Below, one piece after another: positions 50,040-60,999 of a DNA stretch of 64,000 nt. The notes below the pieces were generated by a model. It worked only from the letters and a program-made list of their open reading frames with translations. It did not search any database and had not been told where the DNA came from. A program made the translations under genes and the position numbers. Every line of letters begins with the position of its first letter. The stretch's first letter is position 1. This stretch comes from Hemiscyllium ocellatum (taxonomy: Eukaryota). The stretch covers positions 35,777,181 through 35,841,180 of the forward strand of contig NC_083412.1 in NCBI RefSeq assembly GCF_020745735.1. Reading direction: 5' to 3'.

Positions 50040-51660
50040 TTTAGTAACAGTGATGCCCAGTTTGGGTTCTGCCAGGACCATTCAGCTCCTAACCTCATGT
50101 CCACTTTTGAACCAAAGTTGCAAAAAGAGCTGAATTCCTGAGGTGAGAGTGACAGTCCTTGATGTTCAGGCTGCATTTCACCAAGTGTGGTATTAGGGAG
50201 CCTTCACAAAAACTAATTGGGGTTTGGGGTAAAACCTCCTGTGATTGAAATCATTCCTAGCACATGGGAACATGGTAGCCGTTATTTGAGGGCAGTAATC
50301 CCTGCTGTAGGACATCACTGCAGAAGTTCCTCAGGTTGGTGTCCTAGACATTCATTTTCAGCTTGCCATCAGTTATGCCCACTCTCCTCCTCTTTTCTCC
50401 CCCCCGCCCCCCATCATAAGGTGAGACGTGGGAATGTTCCCCAATTATTCCATGATGCGCAGCACCACCTGCCTCAGATACTGAAGTGGTCCACGTTCAC
50501 AGATAACTAGACCTGGACAATATCTCAGCTTGGCTGAGGAGAGGTAAATAATGTTCATGCTATACAAATGCCAGGCAATGATAATCCCCAATAAGAGACT
50601 AACCAACCCCTCGACATTCACTAGCATTACCTTCACTAAATTCCCTACTGTCAATATCCTAGGGATTACTATTGATCAGAAATCCAACTGGCTTGCCCTA
50701 AAATACAGTGGGTACAGAGTAAGTCAGATGCTAGGAATACTGCAGCAAATAACTCACCACCTGACTCTCCAAAGCCTCTCCACTACCTACATGGCACAAA
50801 TGTGATAGAATACTTCCCATTTGCCTGGATGAGTGCAATTCCAATAAAAGTCAAATGTCTGGCCAACATTTATTGCCCATCCCTGGTTGTCCTTGAGTAG
50901 GTGGTGGTGACCTATCTTCTTGAAGCACTCTAACCCTCCTGAAGGTAGACCACATTGTTGTCAGGGAATGAATTCTAGGATTTTGATCTAGTTACCTGGC
51001 AATATATTTCTAAATCAGGATGGTGAATGGCTCGGTGGGGAACTTACAGGTGATGGTGTTCCCATGTATCCGATGACCCTTGTCCTTCTAGATGGAAGTG
51101 CTCTTGGGTTTGAAGTGGTTTCTGAAAATCGTTGGCAAATTCGGGCGGCACGGTGGCACAGTGGTTATCACTGCTGCCTCACAGCGCCTGAGACCCGGGT
51201 TCAATTCCCGACTCAGGCGACTGACTGTGTGGAGTTTGCACGTTCTCCCCGTGTCTGCGTGGGTTTCCTCCGGGTGCTCCGGTTTCCTCCCACAGTCCAA
51301 AGATGTGCGGGTCAGGTGAATTGGCCATGCTAAATTGCCAGTAGTGTTAGGTAAGGGGTATGGGTGGGTTGCGCTTCGGCGGGTCGGTGTGGACTTGTTG
51401 GGCCGAAGGGCCTGTTTCCACACTGTAAGTAATCTAATCTAAAAAAAAATTTTCTGAAGTGCATCTTGTGGATAATACACATTGCTGTTACTGAATATCA
51501 GTGGAGGAGGGAGTGGATGCTGTGGTGCCAGTCAAGCAGGTTTCTTTGTCCTTGAATGGGACAAGCATCTTGTAGCTGCACTCATCCGATCAAGTAGGGA
51601 GTATTCCATCTCATGTACTGATGCACAGGCTTTAGGAAGTCCAGAGATTAAGTTACTGGC
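50040..51660. mobile_element. degenerate LINE RT fragments of a second (L2/CR1-group) family, plus then minus
   Basis: DVQAAFHQVW at ~50161 and VNILGITIDQK; the minus part resembles 5630-6010 and 63860-64000. Confidence 0.6.
51143..51445 (+). mobile_element. HE1-type SINE (young, full length)
   Basis: gggcggcacggtggcacagtggtta...gggttcaattcc head; tail ccgaagggcctgtttccacactgtaagtaatctaatctaaaa. Confidence 0.9.
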
Positions 51661-51929
51661 TGTCAAAAGTTGAAATTTGGGCTAGAAGTGTACTGGTCTT
51701 CAAAATTTGATGTCGTCTTTCCAATTCACCTGGAGATGGTGGATACTAAACAAAATATTTAAATTTTTTTATTCCCAAAGTAGTCATTATTCTTTGTTTA
51801 CTTGTGATGTACAATCAGATCAGGATTCAGATTTTATTTCTCTCAGAAAGCCATGTACCATTTTTAAAAAATTAAGTTTGCTCTTCACTATAATTTTCGC
51901 TGTAAATTTTCCTAAGCCCATGTCTTCAA

Positions 51930-52062
51930 AGTTAAAAATCACACAACACCAGGTTATAGTCCAACAGGGTTTAATTGGAAGCACACTAGCTTTTGGAACA
52001 ACGAAAGCTAGTGTGCTTCCAATTAAACCTGTACACCCCAGTTCAACACCGGCATCTCCAAA
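51930..52062. mobile_element. family B palindromic insert with 12-bp TSD
   Basis: ccatgtcttcaa at 51918-51929 and 52063-52074; hairpin ggtttaattggaagcacactagcttt...aaagctagtgtgcttccaattaaacc. Confidence 0.8.
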
Positions 52063-52939
52063 CCATGTCTTCAAGAAATCTTGTTGAAAATCCACAATCA
52101 TTAAAAGTTACTGATTCCTGGATTTAAGTAGGGATTCGATATAATCTATTAACAGCCTGATAAACAGTTCTTCAGAAGCTGATTTCAGAATGAAGAAATT
52201 GTTTCCAATAATGGTTGGGGTTTCGACACTACCTGACATGTATGAATAACTGGCAAATGTGACCACATCTTTTATGTAACCCTAGCCAATAAAAATAATA
52301 TTTTAGCCTGAATTTCCTGACTGTTTAAGTCACCCACCATTGGACTTTTGAAAGTCGCAAGTAATATTTCATCACTGCCTGTTGGCTGATCTGACACTCC
52401 TCATGTCCACTTTCCTGCCCTTTTCACCATAACCCTTGATTCTCCTCTATCTCAGTATTAAATATACATAAGGACTCAAGTCCCTTATGAGATCACCTCT
52501 CATTCATAGAGTCATAGAGATGTACAGCATGGAAACAGACCCTTTGGTCCAACCTGTCATCTAATTTCCATTTGAAAAAGTGGCCCATTATTAAAAGAAG
52601 TTTAAGAACCATTGATGTCTTCCCCTTCCTCCCATAAAATGATCAAGCAACCTCATTCATAAAGTGAATGCCTCTGTCAAAACTCAAAATAATTCTCGTG
52701 TCATGAACAGTGCTAACTGCAAAATTTCACATCACTGATTGACTTGTTGGCTTCTTTTCTGTTTCAGAAAAACAAAATTCCAAGATAAGTAAAATGCATG
52801 ATCTGGAATTAGACAAAATAGTGTCTCAACTATCCAATGGGGTCAGGTGCCCTAGCAAATAAAGCATTCAGTCTGAATGTTATTTGTAGCCTGAACTTTA
52901 ATTTTTGTTCTTGAAGATGTGACATGACAGGGTGGCAAA

Positions 52940-55260
52940 AGTCAAGAGTGGTGCTGCAAAAGCACAACAGGTCAGGCAGCATCCGAGGAGCATGAAAATC
53001 AATGTTTCAGGTAAAAGCCCTTCATAAGGAATGAGGCTGGGAGCCTGGAGGATGGAGAGATAAATGGGAGGGGAAGGGCCTGGGGAGAAGGTAGCTGAGA
53101 GTGCAATAGGTGGATGGAGGTGGGGGTGAATGTGATAGGTTGGAAAGGAGGGTGGGGTGGACAGGTGGGAAGGAAGATTAACAGGTGGGACAAGTCATGA
53201 GGACGTTGCTGAGCTGGAAGGTTGGAACTGGGGTAAAGTGGGGGGAGGGGAAATGAGGAAACTGGTGAAGTCCACATTGATGCCATGGGGTTGAAGGGTC
53301 CTGAGGCGGAAGATGAGGTATTCTTCCTCCAGGTGTTAGGTGATGAGATAGTGGCAGTGGAGGAGGTCCAGATCTGCAAAAGGATGGCAAATGGCCTTTT
53401 ATTTATTATGTTGTGTCAGGAAATGCCTTACCCACTCCTGTCCATTGGCAGCGCACCTCATTGTGACTCATCTCAAACAGCTGGAGGATCTGCTTCTTGG
53501 AGAGATGTCCTTCACCTCATCTGTTGTCAATGTAGCATCAATGACAGAAATATTAGCATGAGAGCAAGGTGGTTTATTGAAATGAAATGCAACTGCAGAT
53601 CAAAATAATCCTCCAGTCAGAAAAAAGTTGTTCCCATAATGTGGTCACCCAGACTACATTTAGTTTCGCCAGTGTGAAGGAGATTGCATAGTGAATAGCA
53701 AATGTAGTAGTCTAGGTTGAACATAGTCCAAATGAGCCTGAAAGATGATTGAGGCTTTGTACAGTGAGGAGGGAGCAGGTGAATGGACAAGTGTTACATC
53801 TTCTTCAGTTGCATAGGAAGGAACCATAGACGAATGACAAAGTCTTAGCAGTGGACAAGGGTGTCATGGAGAGACCAGTTTCTTTGGAGTCCTCATAGTG
53901 GACGGGAGGGGACGGGGAGATATCTTTGGCAGTGGCATCATGCCACTGGTGGTGGTAATAGTGGAGGATGATCATTTGAATGTTTTAATTCATTTGGACA
54001 CTATTCATTTGGTGGCAAGTGAGGACAAGAAGTCCCTTACTAATGTTCTGGGAGGGAGAGAAAAGGGTGATGTCAGAAGTATAGGGGATGGGTCAGATAT
54101 AACTGTGGACCCTGTTCACCCCAGTGGGGATAGAATCATTGACATGAAAGGTCATATCAGATTCACCCTGGCATTATTGATACAGACGAGACAGCAAATG
54201 GAGAAACTGGAAGAATAGAATGGAATCCTTATAGTAAGTAGGGTGTGAGGAAGTATAGTTGAGGTAACTCTGGGAGTTGTGGGCTCTGAATGGATAGCCT
54301 ATCTCCAACCAATGAAGTTGCTTGATCTCCAGAAATAGACACATAGAAATCGAGGAGAGGGAAGCGCCAGGTGAAGGTGAGAGAAGAGAAGCAAAATTGA
54401 TTGACATTTCTAATTCTGGATGAGCCCAGGAAGCAGCATCAATGAGATCATTGATGCAAAGAAAACGTTGTGGGTGAAGGTCGAAGTAGGATCAGAACAA
54501 CGGATTTTCCACATTTATCACAAAGAGAAAGAAATAACTGGGACTGATATCCACACTTTTGACATGGAGAAGGTGAAATAACTTAAAGGAGAAGTTGTTT
54601 AAAGTGAAAACAAGCTCAGTCAAGTGATTGGAGATTGGTGGTTGTAGACTTTTCAAGCTTCTTTTCAAGAAAGAAGTGGACAGTCTTCAGACAACCTGAC
54701 AGAGGATGCATGAGTAGAGATATTGTACTCTATATTGAAGAGGACCTGGAAATTGTCAAACCAAAGTAAAGTATCAGAAGTTTCACAAATGTGCACGAGG
54801 AGCAACTGAACAAGGGAGGAAAAGTTAGAGTCAAGAGAAGAAGAAATAAGGTCAGGGCAGTCGGAACAGACTGGAACAATGGATTTGTAGGGCAGTCCTG
54901 TTTGTGGGTTTTTCAGAGGAACTAGAGATGGGTTACGCGTGTTTGGACAGCTATGAGTGGGAAACTGTAGAGGAAAGTTCTCCGGTGGAGACGAGACTGT
55001 ACTGGAAATAATAGCTTGATCTTCAATATGTGGTCATGATCCAAGGTGAGATCAGAGGAAGTGTATGAGAGTTGGTGCTCAGCCTTTGCAGAATACAGGT
55101 CCCCACTCCAGACCACAGCAATACTCTCCATATCAATGGGTTTCATAACCAAGTCAGGGTTGGACCTAAAAGAGCAGTGTGCAGCAAGTTCAGAGGGAGA
55201 CAGCTTATAAATGCATGAGGACAGCAGAGAAATTAAGGCAACTGATGGAACATCAAGACT
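52940..55260 (-). mobile_element. Penelope-like element remnants (degenerate RT / GIY-YIG end plus hammerhead-bearing terminus)
   Basis: Minus frame LEEEYLIFRLRTLQPHGINVDFTSF (~53255-53332), HTGET (YxGET-like, ~53665), FLCIND (YIDD-like, ~54455); terminus is the family A repeat. Confidence 0.65.
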
Positions 55261-55559
55261 TCTCATTTTACCATTTCCTTTCAGTCAGCCAGCATCAGTG
55301 ACTGACTTGCTCCACTCGATCTCAATATCATTATTGGTTTAGCTCCTTGATTTGAAGCATAAGGAAATACCTCCAAGATAAAATATTCAGAACCTTCAGT
55401 AATCTGATTCTCATCAAAATTCAAAGAATTTATGATCTTCTAATTACTGCCCCTTCTTAATATGTTCAAAGGAAACTTAGTCTCGTTCTACTCCTGTATA
55501 GTTTTCTGAGGATTTCTTAGGCTCTCTTCTTGGTTTCCATTTTAATTTCCAGCAATATA

Positions 55560-55998
55560 TAAATAAATTGAATAAAAATGGAGGTGGTCTGATTAGCAAG
55601 TTTGTAGATGGCGTGAAAATTGATGAGTTGTGGGGAGTGAGGAATGTTGTCAAAGAATGCAGCAGGACATAAATCAACTGGAAAGTTTGGCAGAGAAATG
55701 GCAGATGGAATTTAATCTGAGAAGAGTGAGGTGCTGCATTTTGGGAGGTCAAATTTAAGAGGAAAGTACAGAGGAACCTTGATTATCTGGCATTCAATTA
55801 TCCGACAAGATTGCAATGTCCCGATGCTCGGCTAAACTGTTATCCGGCGTTTGATTGTACAGAATTCGATTAACCAAATAAAATACAGCCCACCCATGTC
55901 CTTTGAATAATCGAGATTCCTCTGTATACTGTAAATGGCCAGACCCTTGGGAGCTTTGATCTGCAGAGGAATCATTGGGTCCAAGTCCCTACCTCATT
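55560..55998 (+). mobile_element. older CR1 RT fragment hosting nested insertions (resumes at 60173-60278)
   Basis: GLISKFVDG...WQMEFNL...LHFGRSNLRGK|YTVNG; continues QVDKMVKKTYGVLIFV after the young CR1. Confidence 0.75.
55769..55924. mobile_element. 156-bp MITE (Tc1/mariner-pogo type)
   Basis: TIRs CAGAGGAACCTTGATTAT / ATAATCGAGATTCCTCTG, TA on both sides, internal TTATCCG-like subrepeats; removing it restores the CR1 frame GKYTVNG. Confidence 0.85.
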
Positions 55999-56281
55999 TT
56001 GAGTGCGAGCAGCAGCGGAGAAGGAGCGGGAGCAGTGAAGGAAGTGACGAGGACCAGAGGGGCAGCTGGGAAGGAAAGCAGTGACCATATATATCAGCAA
56101 GGCGGCTAAACCCAAGACTCTACTACTAGTGTCTCCCACCCGCCCTCCTCATCTAACCTAGTTAATAAGGTAAGGTTCATTCTAAACTTCCTCTATTGAA
56201 TATAAGTTTGTTATTAATTTCATAGCAACTTGACCTAAACTTTCTACTTTAGTTCTGAGTGGGTATTTAGATAAGTCGGGT

Positions 56282-57223
56282 ATGGATGCTAGGGCAGTTC
56301 CTTGCTCCTCCTGCAGAATGTGGCAGGTGGGAGACATGGCACATGTCTCCACTGGCTACATCTGTGGGAAGTGCACCCAACTCCAGTTCCTTGAAAACCG
56401 TGTTAGGGATTTGGAGCTGGAGCTGGAGCTGGATGAACTACAGTTCATTCGGGAGGCTGAGGGGGTAATTGAGAGGAGTTACCGGGAGTTGGTCACTCCT
56501 AAGGCTCAGGACAAGGATAGATGGGTTCCAGTTAGGGGGAGGAAAGGGGACAGACAGACAGTGCAGAGATCCCCTGTGGACATTCCCCTCAGCAATAAGT
56601 ATACTGTTTTGGATACTGCTGGGGGGGATGACCTACCAGAGGAAAGCCAAAGCAGTCAGTTCTCTGGCACTGAGTCTGACACTGTGGCAAAGAAGGGAAG
56701 GGGGCAGAATAGAAAAGTACTCATGGAAGGGGACTCGATAGTTAGGGGAATCGACAGGAGATTTTGTGGTCAGCATCGGGATTCCCGGAAGGTATGTTGC
56801 CTCCCTGGTGCCAGGGTCCAGGACGTCTCCGATTGGGTGTATAACGTTCTAAAAGGGGAGGGCGAACAGCCAGAAATCGTGTTACATATTGGCACTAATG
56901 ATATAGCCAGGAAAAGGATCAAGGATATAAAAAGTAATTTCAGGGAGTTAGAATGGAAGCTGCAAAGCAGGAAGAACAGAGTAATGTTCTCTAGTTTGCT
57001 ACCGGTGCCACGAGATAGCAAGGCGAGGAACAGGGAGCGGGTGCAGCTTAACCTGTGGCTGCGCAGCTGGTGTAGGAGGGAGGGCTTCAGATATATAGAT
57101 AATTGGGATGCCTTCTGGGGAAGGTGGGACCTGTACAAGAAGGATGGGTTGCATCTGAACTGGAAGGGGACCAATGTCCTGGGTGGAAGGTTTGCTCGAG
57201 TAGTTCAAGAGGGTTTAAACTAG
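56282..57223 (+). CDS. CR1 ORF1 protein (CxxC..CxxC zinc finger, coiled coil, SGNH/GDSL esterase-like domain)
   Basis: CSSC...CGKC; LENRVRDLELELELDEL; GDSIV, HIGTND, DGLHLN; 313 aa uninterrupted. Confidence 0.85.
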   Translation: MDARAVPCSSCRMWQVGDMAHVSTGYICGKCTQLQFLENRVRDLELELELDELQFIREAEGVIERSYRELVTPKAQDKDRWVPVRGRKGDRQTVQRSPVDIPLSNKYTVLDTAGGDDLPEESQSSQFSGTESDTVAKKGRGQNRKVLMEGDSIVRGIDRRFCGQHRDSRKVCCLPGARVQDVSDWVYNVLKGEGEQPEIVLHIGTNDIARKRIKDIKSNFRELEWKLQSRKNRVMFSSLLPVPRDSKARNRERVQLNLWLRSWCRREGFRYIDNWDAFWGRWDLYKKDGLHLNWKGTNVLGGRFARVVQEGLN

Positions 57224-57329
57224 TATGGCAGGGGGTTGGGAATCTGAGCTGTATACCGGAGGTGAGAGTTGATGCAGATAAGGCAATAGCAAGAAGTAGA
57301 CCAGCTAGTGAGAAGGACTTTCCTGGGAA

Positions 57330-60091
57330 GGAACCAAGGGATCAGATAAAGTGTGTTTGCTTTAACGCAAGGAGTATCAGGAATAAAAGTGATGAACTTA
57401 GAGCATGGATCAGTACCTGATGTTGTGGCCATAACAGAGACATGGGTTTCTCAGGGGCAGGAATGGTTGCTGGATGTTCTAGGATTTAGAGCATTTAAAA
57501 AGAATAGGGGGGGGGGGGGAAAGAGAAGGGGGTGCAGCACTACTAATCAGAGAGGGTATCACAGCTACAGAAGCTTCCATTGTCGAGGAAGATCTGCCTA
57601 CCAAGTCAGTATGGGTGGAAATTAGAAACAGCAAGGGAGCAGTCACCTTGTTAGGGGTTTACTACAGGCCCCCCCAATAGCAGCAGGGAGGTGGAAGAAA
57701 GCATAGGTCGGCAGATTTTGGAAAAATGTGGACGTAGTAGGGTTATTGTAATGGATGACTTTAATTTACCCAATATTGATTGGAACCTCCTTCAAGCAGA
57801 AGATTTAAATGGAGCTGTTTTTGTAAGGTGTGTTCAGGAGGGTTTCCTAACTCAGTATGTTGACAGGCCGACGAGGGGAGAGGCCATTCTAGACTTGGTG
57901 CTCGGAAACGAGCCGGGGCAGGCATCAGATCTTGTGGTGGGAGAGCATTTTCGTGATAGTGACCACAACTGCCTCACATTCTACATAGCTATGGAGAAGG
58001 AGAGGATTAGGCAAAATGGGAGGACATTTAATTGGGGAAGAGGAAACTATGATGCAATTAGACATGAGTTAGGAAGCATGGATTGGGAGCAGTTGTTCCG
58101 TGGTAAAGCCACTATAGACATGTGGAGACTGTTTAAGGAACAGTTGTTGCAAGTGATGAATAACTATGTCCCTCTGAGACAGGCAAGAAGTGGTAAGATA
58201 AAGGAACCTTCGATGACGAGAGTGGTGGAGCTTCTTGTCAAAAGGAAAAAGGTGGCTTACATAAGGTGGAGGAAGCTAGGGTCAAGCTCAGCTCTAGAGG
58301 ATTACAGGTGAGGAAGGAGCTCAAAAATGGTCTGAGGAGAGCCAAGAGGGGGCACGAGAAAGGCTTGGCAGAACGGATTAGGGATAAACACAAAGGCATT
58401 TTACACTTATGTGAGGAATAAAAGAATGGTTAAATAAATAGTAGGGCCGATCAGGGATAGCATAGGGAATTTGTGTGGGAGTCTGAGGAGATCGGGGAAG
58501 CCCTCAATGAGTTTTTTGCTTCTATCTTTACGAAAGATACGAAATTTGTAGTGAATGAAACCTTTCAAGAGCAGGTGTGCATGCTGGAATGGATAGAGAT
58601 AGAGGAAGCTGACGTGCTTAAAATTTTGTCAAACATTTAAGATTGACAAGTCGCCAGGCCCGGACCAGATTTGTCCTTGGCTGCTTTGGGAAACGAGAAA
58701 TGCAATTGCTTCGCCACTTGCGAAGATCTTTGCATTCTCGCTCTCCACTGGAGCCGTACCTGAGGACTGGAGAGAGGCAAATGTAATTCCTCTCTTCAAG
58801 AAAGGAAATAAGGAAATCCCCGGCACTTATAGATCAGTAAGTCTCATGTCTGTCGTCTGCAAGGTATTAGAAAGGATTCTGAGGGATAGGATTTATGACC
58901 ATCTGGAAGAGCATGGCTTGATTAAATGCAGTCAACACAGCTTTGTGAGGGGCAGGTCATGCCTCACAAGCCTTATCGAGTTCTTTGAGGATGTGACTAG
59001 AAAGGTTGATGAGGGTCACGCTGTGGATGTGGTGTATATGGACTTCAGCAATGCATTTGATAAGGTTCCGCATGGTAGGCTCATTCAGAAGGTCAGGTGG
59101 AATGGGATACAGGGGAACTTAGCTGTCTGGATATAGAATTGGCTGGCCAACAGAAGACAGCGAGTGGTAGTAGAAGGAAAATATTCTGCCTGAAAGTCTG
59201 TGGTGAGTGGTGTTCCACAGGGCTCTGTCCTTGGGCCTCTACTGTTTGTAATTTTTATTAATGACTTGGGTGAGGGGATTGAAGGATGGGTCAGCAAGTT
59301 TTCAGATGACACAAAGGTTAGAGGTGTCGTTGACTGTATAGAGCGCTGTTGTAGGCTGCAGCGTAACATTGACAGGATGCAGAGATGGGCTGAGAGGGTG
59401 GCAGATGGAGTTCAACCTGGATAAATGCGAGGTGATGCATTTTGGAAGGTCAAATTTGAAAGCTGAGTACAGGATTAAGCATAGGATTCTTGGCAGTGTG
59501 GAGGAACAGAGAGATCTTAATGTGCAGGTACATAGATCTCTTAAAATGGCCACCCAAGTGGACAGGGTTTTAAGAAAGCATATGGTGTTTTGGCTTTCAT
59601 TAATAGGAGGATTGAGTTTAAGAGTCGTGAGATCTTGTTGCAGCTCTATAAAACTTTGATTAGACTTGGAATACTGCATCCAGTTCTGGTTGCCCTGTTA
59701 TAGGAAAGATGTGGATGCTTTGGAAAGGGTTCAGAGGAGGTTTACCAGGATGCTGCCTGGACTGGAGGGCTTATCTTATGAAGAGAGGTTGACTGAGCTC
59801 GGACTTTTTTCATTGGAGAAAAGGAGAGGGGACCTAATTGAAGTATACAAGATAATGAGAGGCATAGATAGAGTTGATAGCCAGAGACTATTTCCCAGGG
59901 CAGAAATGACTAACACGAGCGGTCATAGTTTTAAGCTGGTTGGAGGAAAGTATAGAGGGGATGTCAGAGGCGGGTTCTTTACACAGAGAGTTGTGAGAGT
60001 ATGGAATGCGTTGCCAGCAGCAGTTGTGGAAGCAAGGTCATTGGGGACATTTAAGAGACTATTGGACATGCATATGGTCACAGAAATTTGA
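57330..60091 (+). pseudogene. CR1 ORF2 (APE endonuclease + reverse transcriptase) with stops and frameshifts
   Basis: CFNARSIRNK, VAITETW, DDFNLP, ILDLVL, SDHN, QHSFVRGRSCLTSL, PQGSVLGPLLF and FSDDTK, split over several frames. Confidence 0.9.
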
Positions 60092-60278
60092 GGGTGCATA
60101 CATGAGGATCAGTGGTTGGCGCAACATCGTGGGCTGAAGGACCTGTTCTGTGCTGTACTGTTCTATGTTCTACAAGTGGATAAGATGGTAAAGAAGACAT
60201 ATGGCGTACTTATCTTCGTCAGTTGGGGAATTGACGATAAAAGTTTGCAAGTCATGTTGCAACATATAAGATTTTGGT

Positions 60279-60962
60279 TGAAGATCTGCACCCCCAGCAG
60301 GGTTCTCAGTTCCACGATTGGTCAATAAATACACGCAATTGGTCTGGTCCTTTAAGATTTCACTCTTTATTTCTTTGTACGGCTGGGCACAGATCGACCA
60401 GAAACACAGAGGGTTTACACCTCTGTGTTCCCCTGAGGAGCTACACACATGGCTTAAAACAAAGACATTTTTATACTTTTCTTAAAGAAAGATACAGGTT
60501 ATGATGGCATAGTACATTCAGACAATTAACAATCAATACACGATATTGCTTTATTTGCCAGTTACTTGGTCCAGTGATATTTCCTGGGAACCACCTTTGT
60601 TTTGCAACACTGAGACACCCTTATCTCACTAACCGAGCCATTGCACCTGCATTTGAAGGTCAGTTAGGATGGCCCATAATGTCTTATTGAGTGTAGTTAT
60701 TTCTAAGCTGTTGAGGGAGCATTGTCTGCTAATCTCTGTTGAAGCAGACTGTGGTTAGTCAGTTATGCAGTTTTAGCAAAATTAAAAGCCATTTTTTGCA
60801 GCTTTTAGCAGAATTGTCAATTTGCAGCCTAGAAGCCATTTTATCATGTTATTTGCATTGAGAAACCATTTTATTGCTGCCTAAGTTATTAAGAGCATCT
60901 GCTAAGCAGTTGTTCCTGAAACAACTAATTACATCAGCCTGAATTCAGGATTCAAATCCTCA
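60279..60962 (-). mobile_element. retroviral 3' LTR (684 bp)
   Basis: Minus strand: purine tract aaatgggagaga then TGAGGAT ... ATCTTCA (TG..CA, imperfect terminal inverted repeat); TATAAA ~60470; AATAAA 60366-60371. Confidence 0.8.
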
Positions 60963-60999
60963 TCTCTCCCATTTGGTCATTGCATGATCACACCATAGG

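Larger units (their letters stand above)
56000..60172 (+). mobile_element. near full-length CR1 LINE (5' UTR, ORF1, disrupted ORF2, tgttctatgttcta tail)
   Basis: Continuous ORF1-endonuclease-RT-C-terminus order and terminal octamer-type repeat. Confidence 0.93.

Noticed and set aside
51143-51210. tRNA-like sequence with A/B boxes
   Set aside because: It is the tRNA-derived head of a multi-copy SINE, not a tRNA gene.
56095-56160. Possible structured RNA/ribozyme in the CR1 5' UTR (ggcgg...ccgcc pairing)
   Set aside because: Could not fit an HDV-like, twister or hammerhead consensus by eye.
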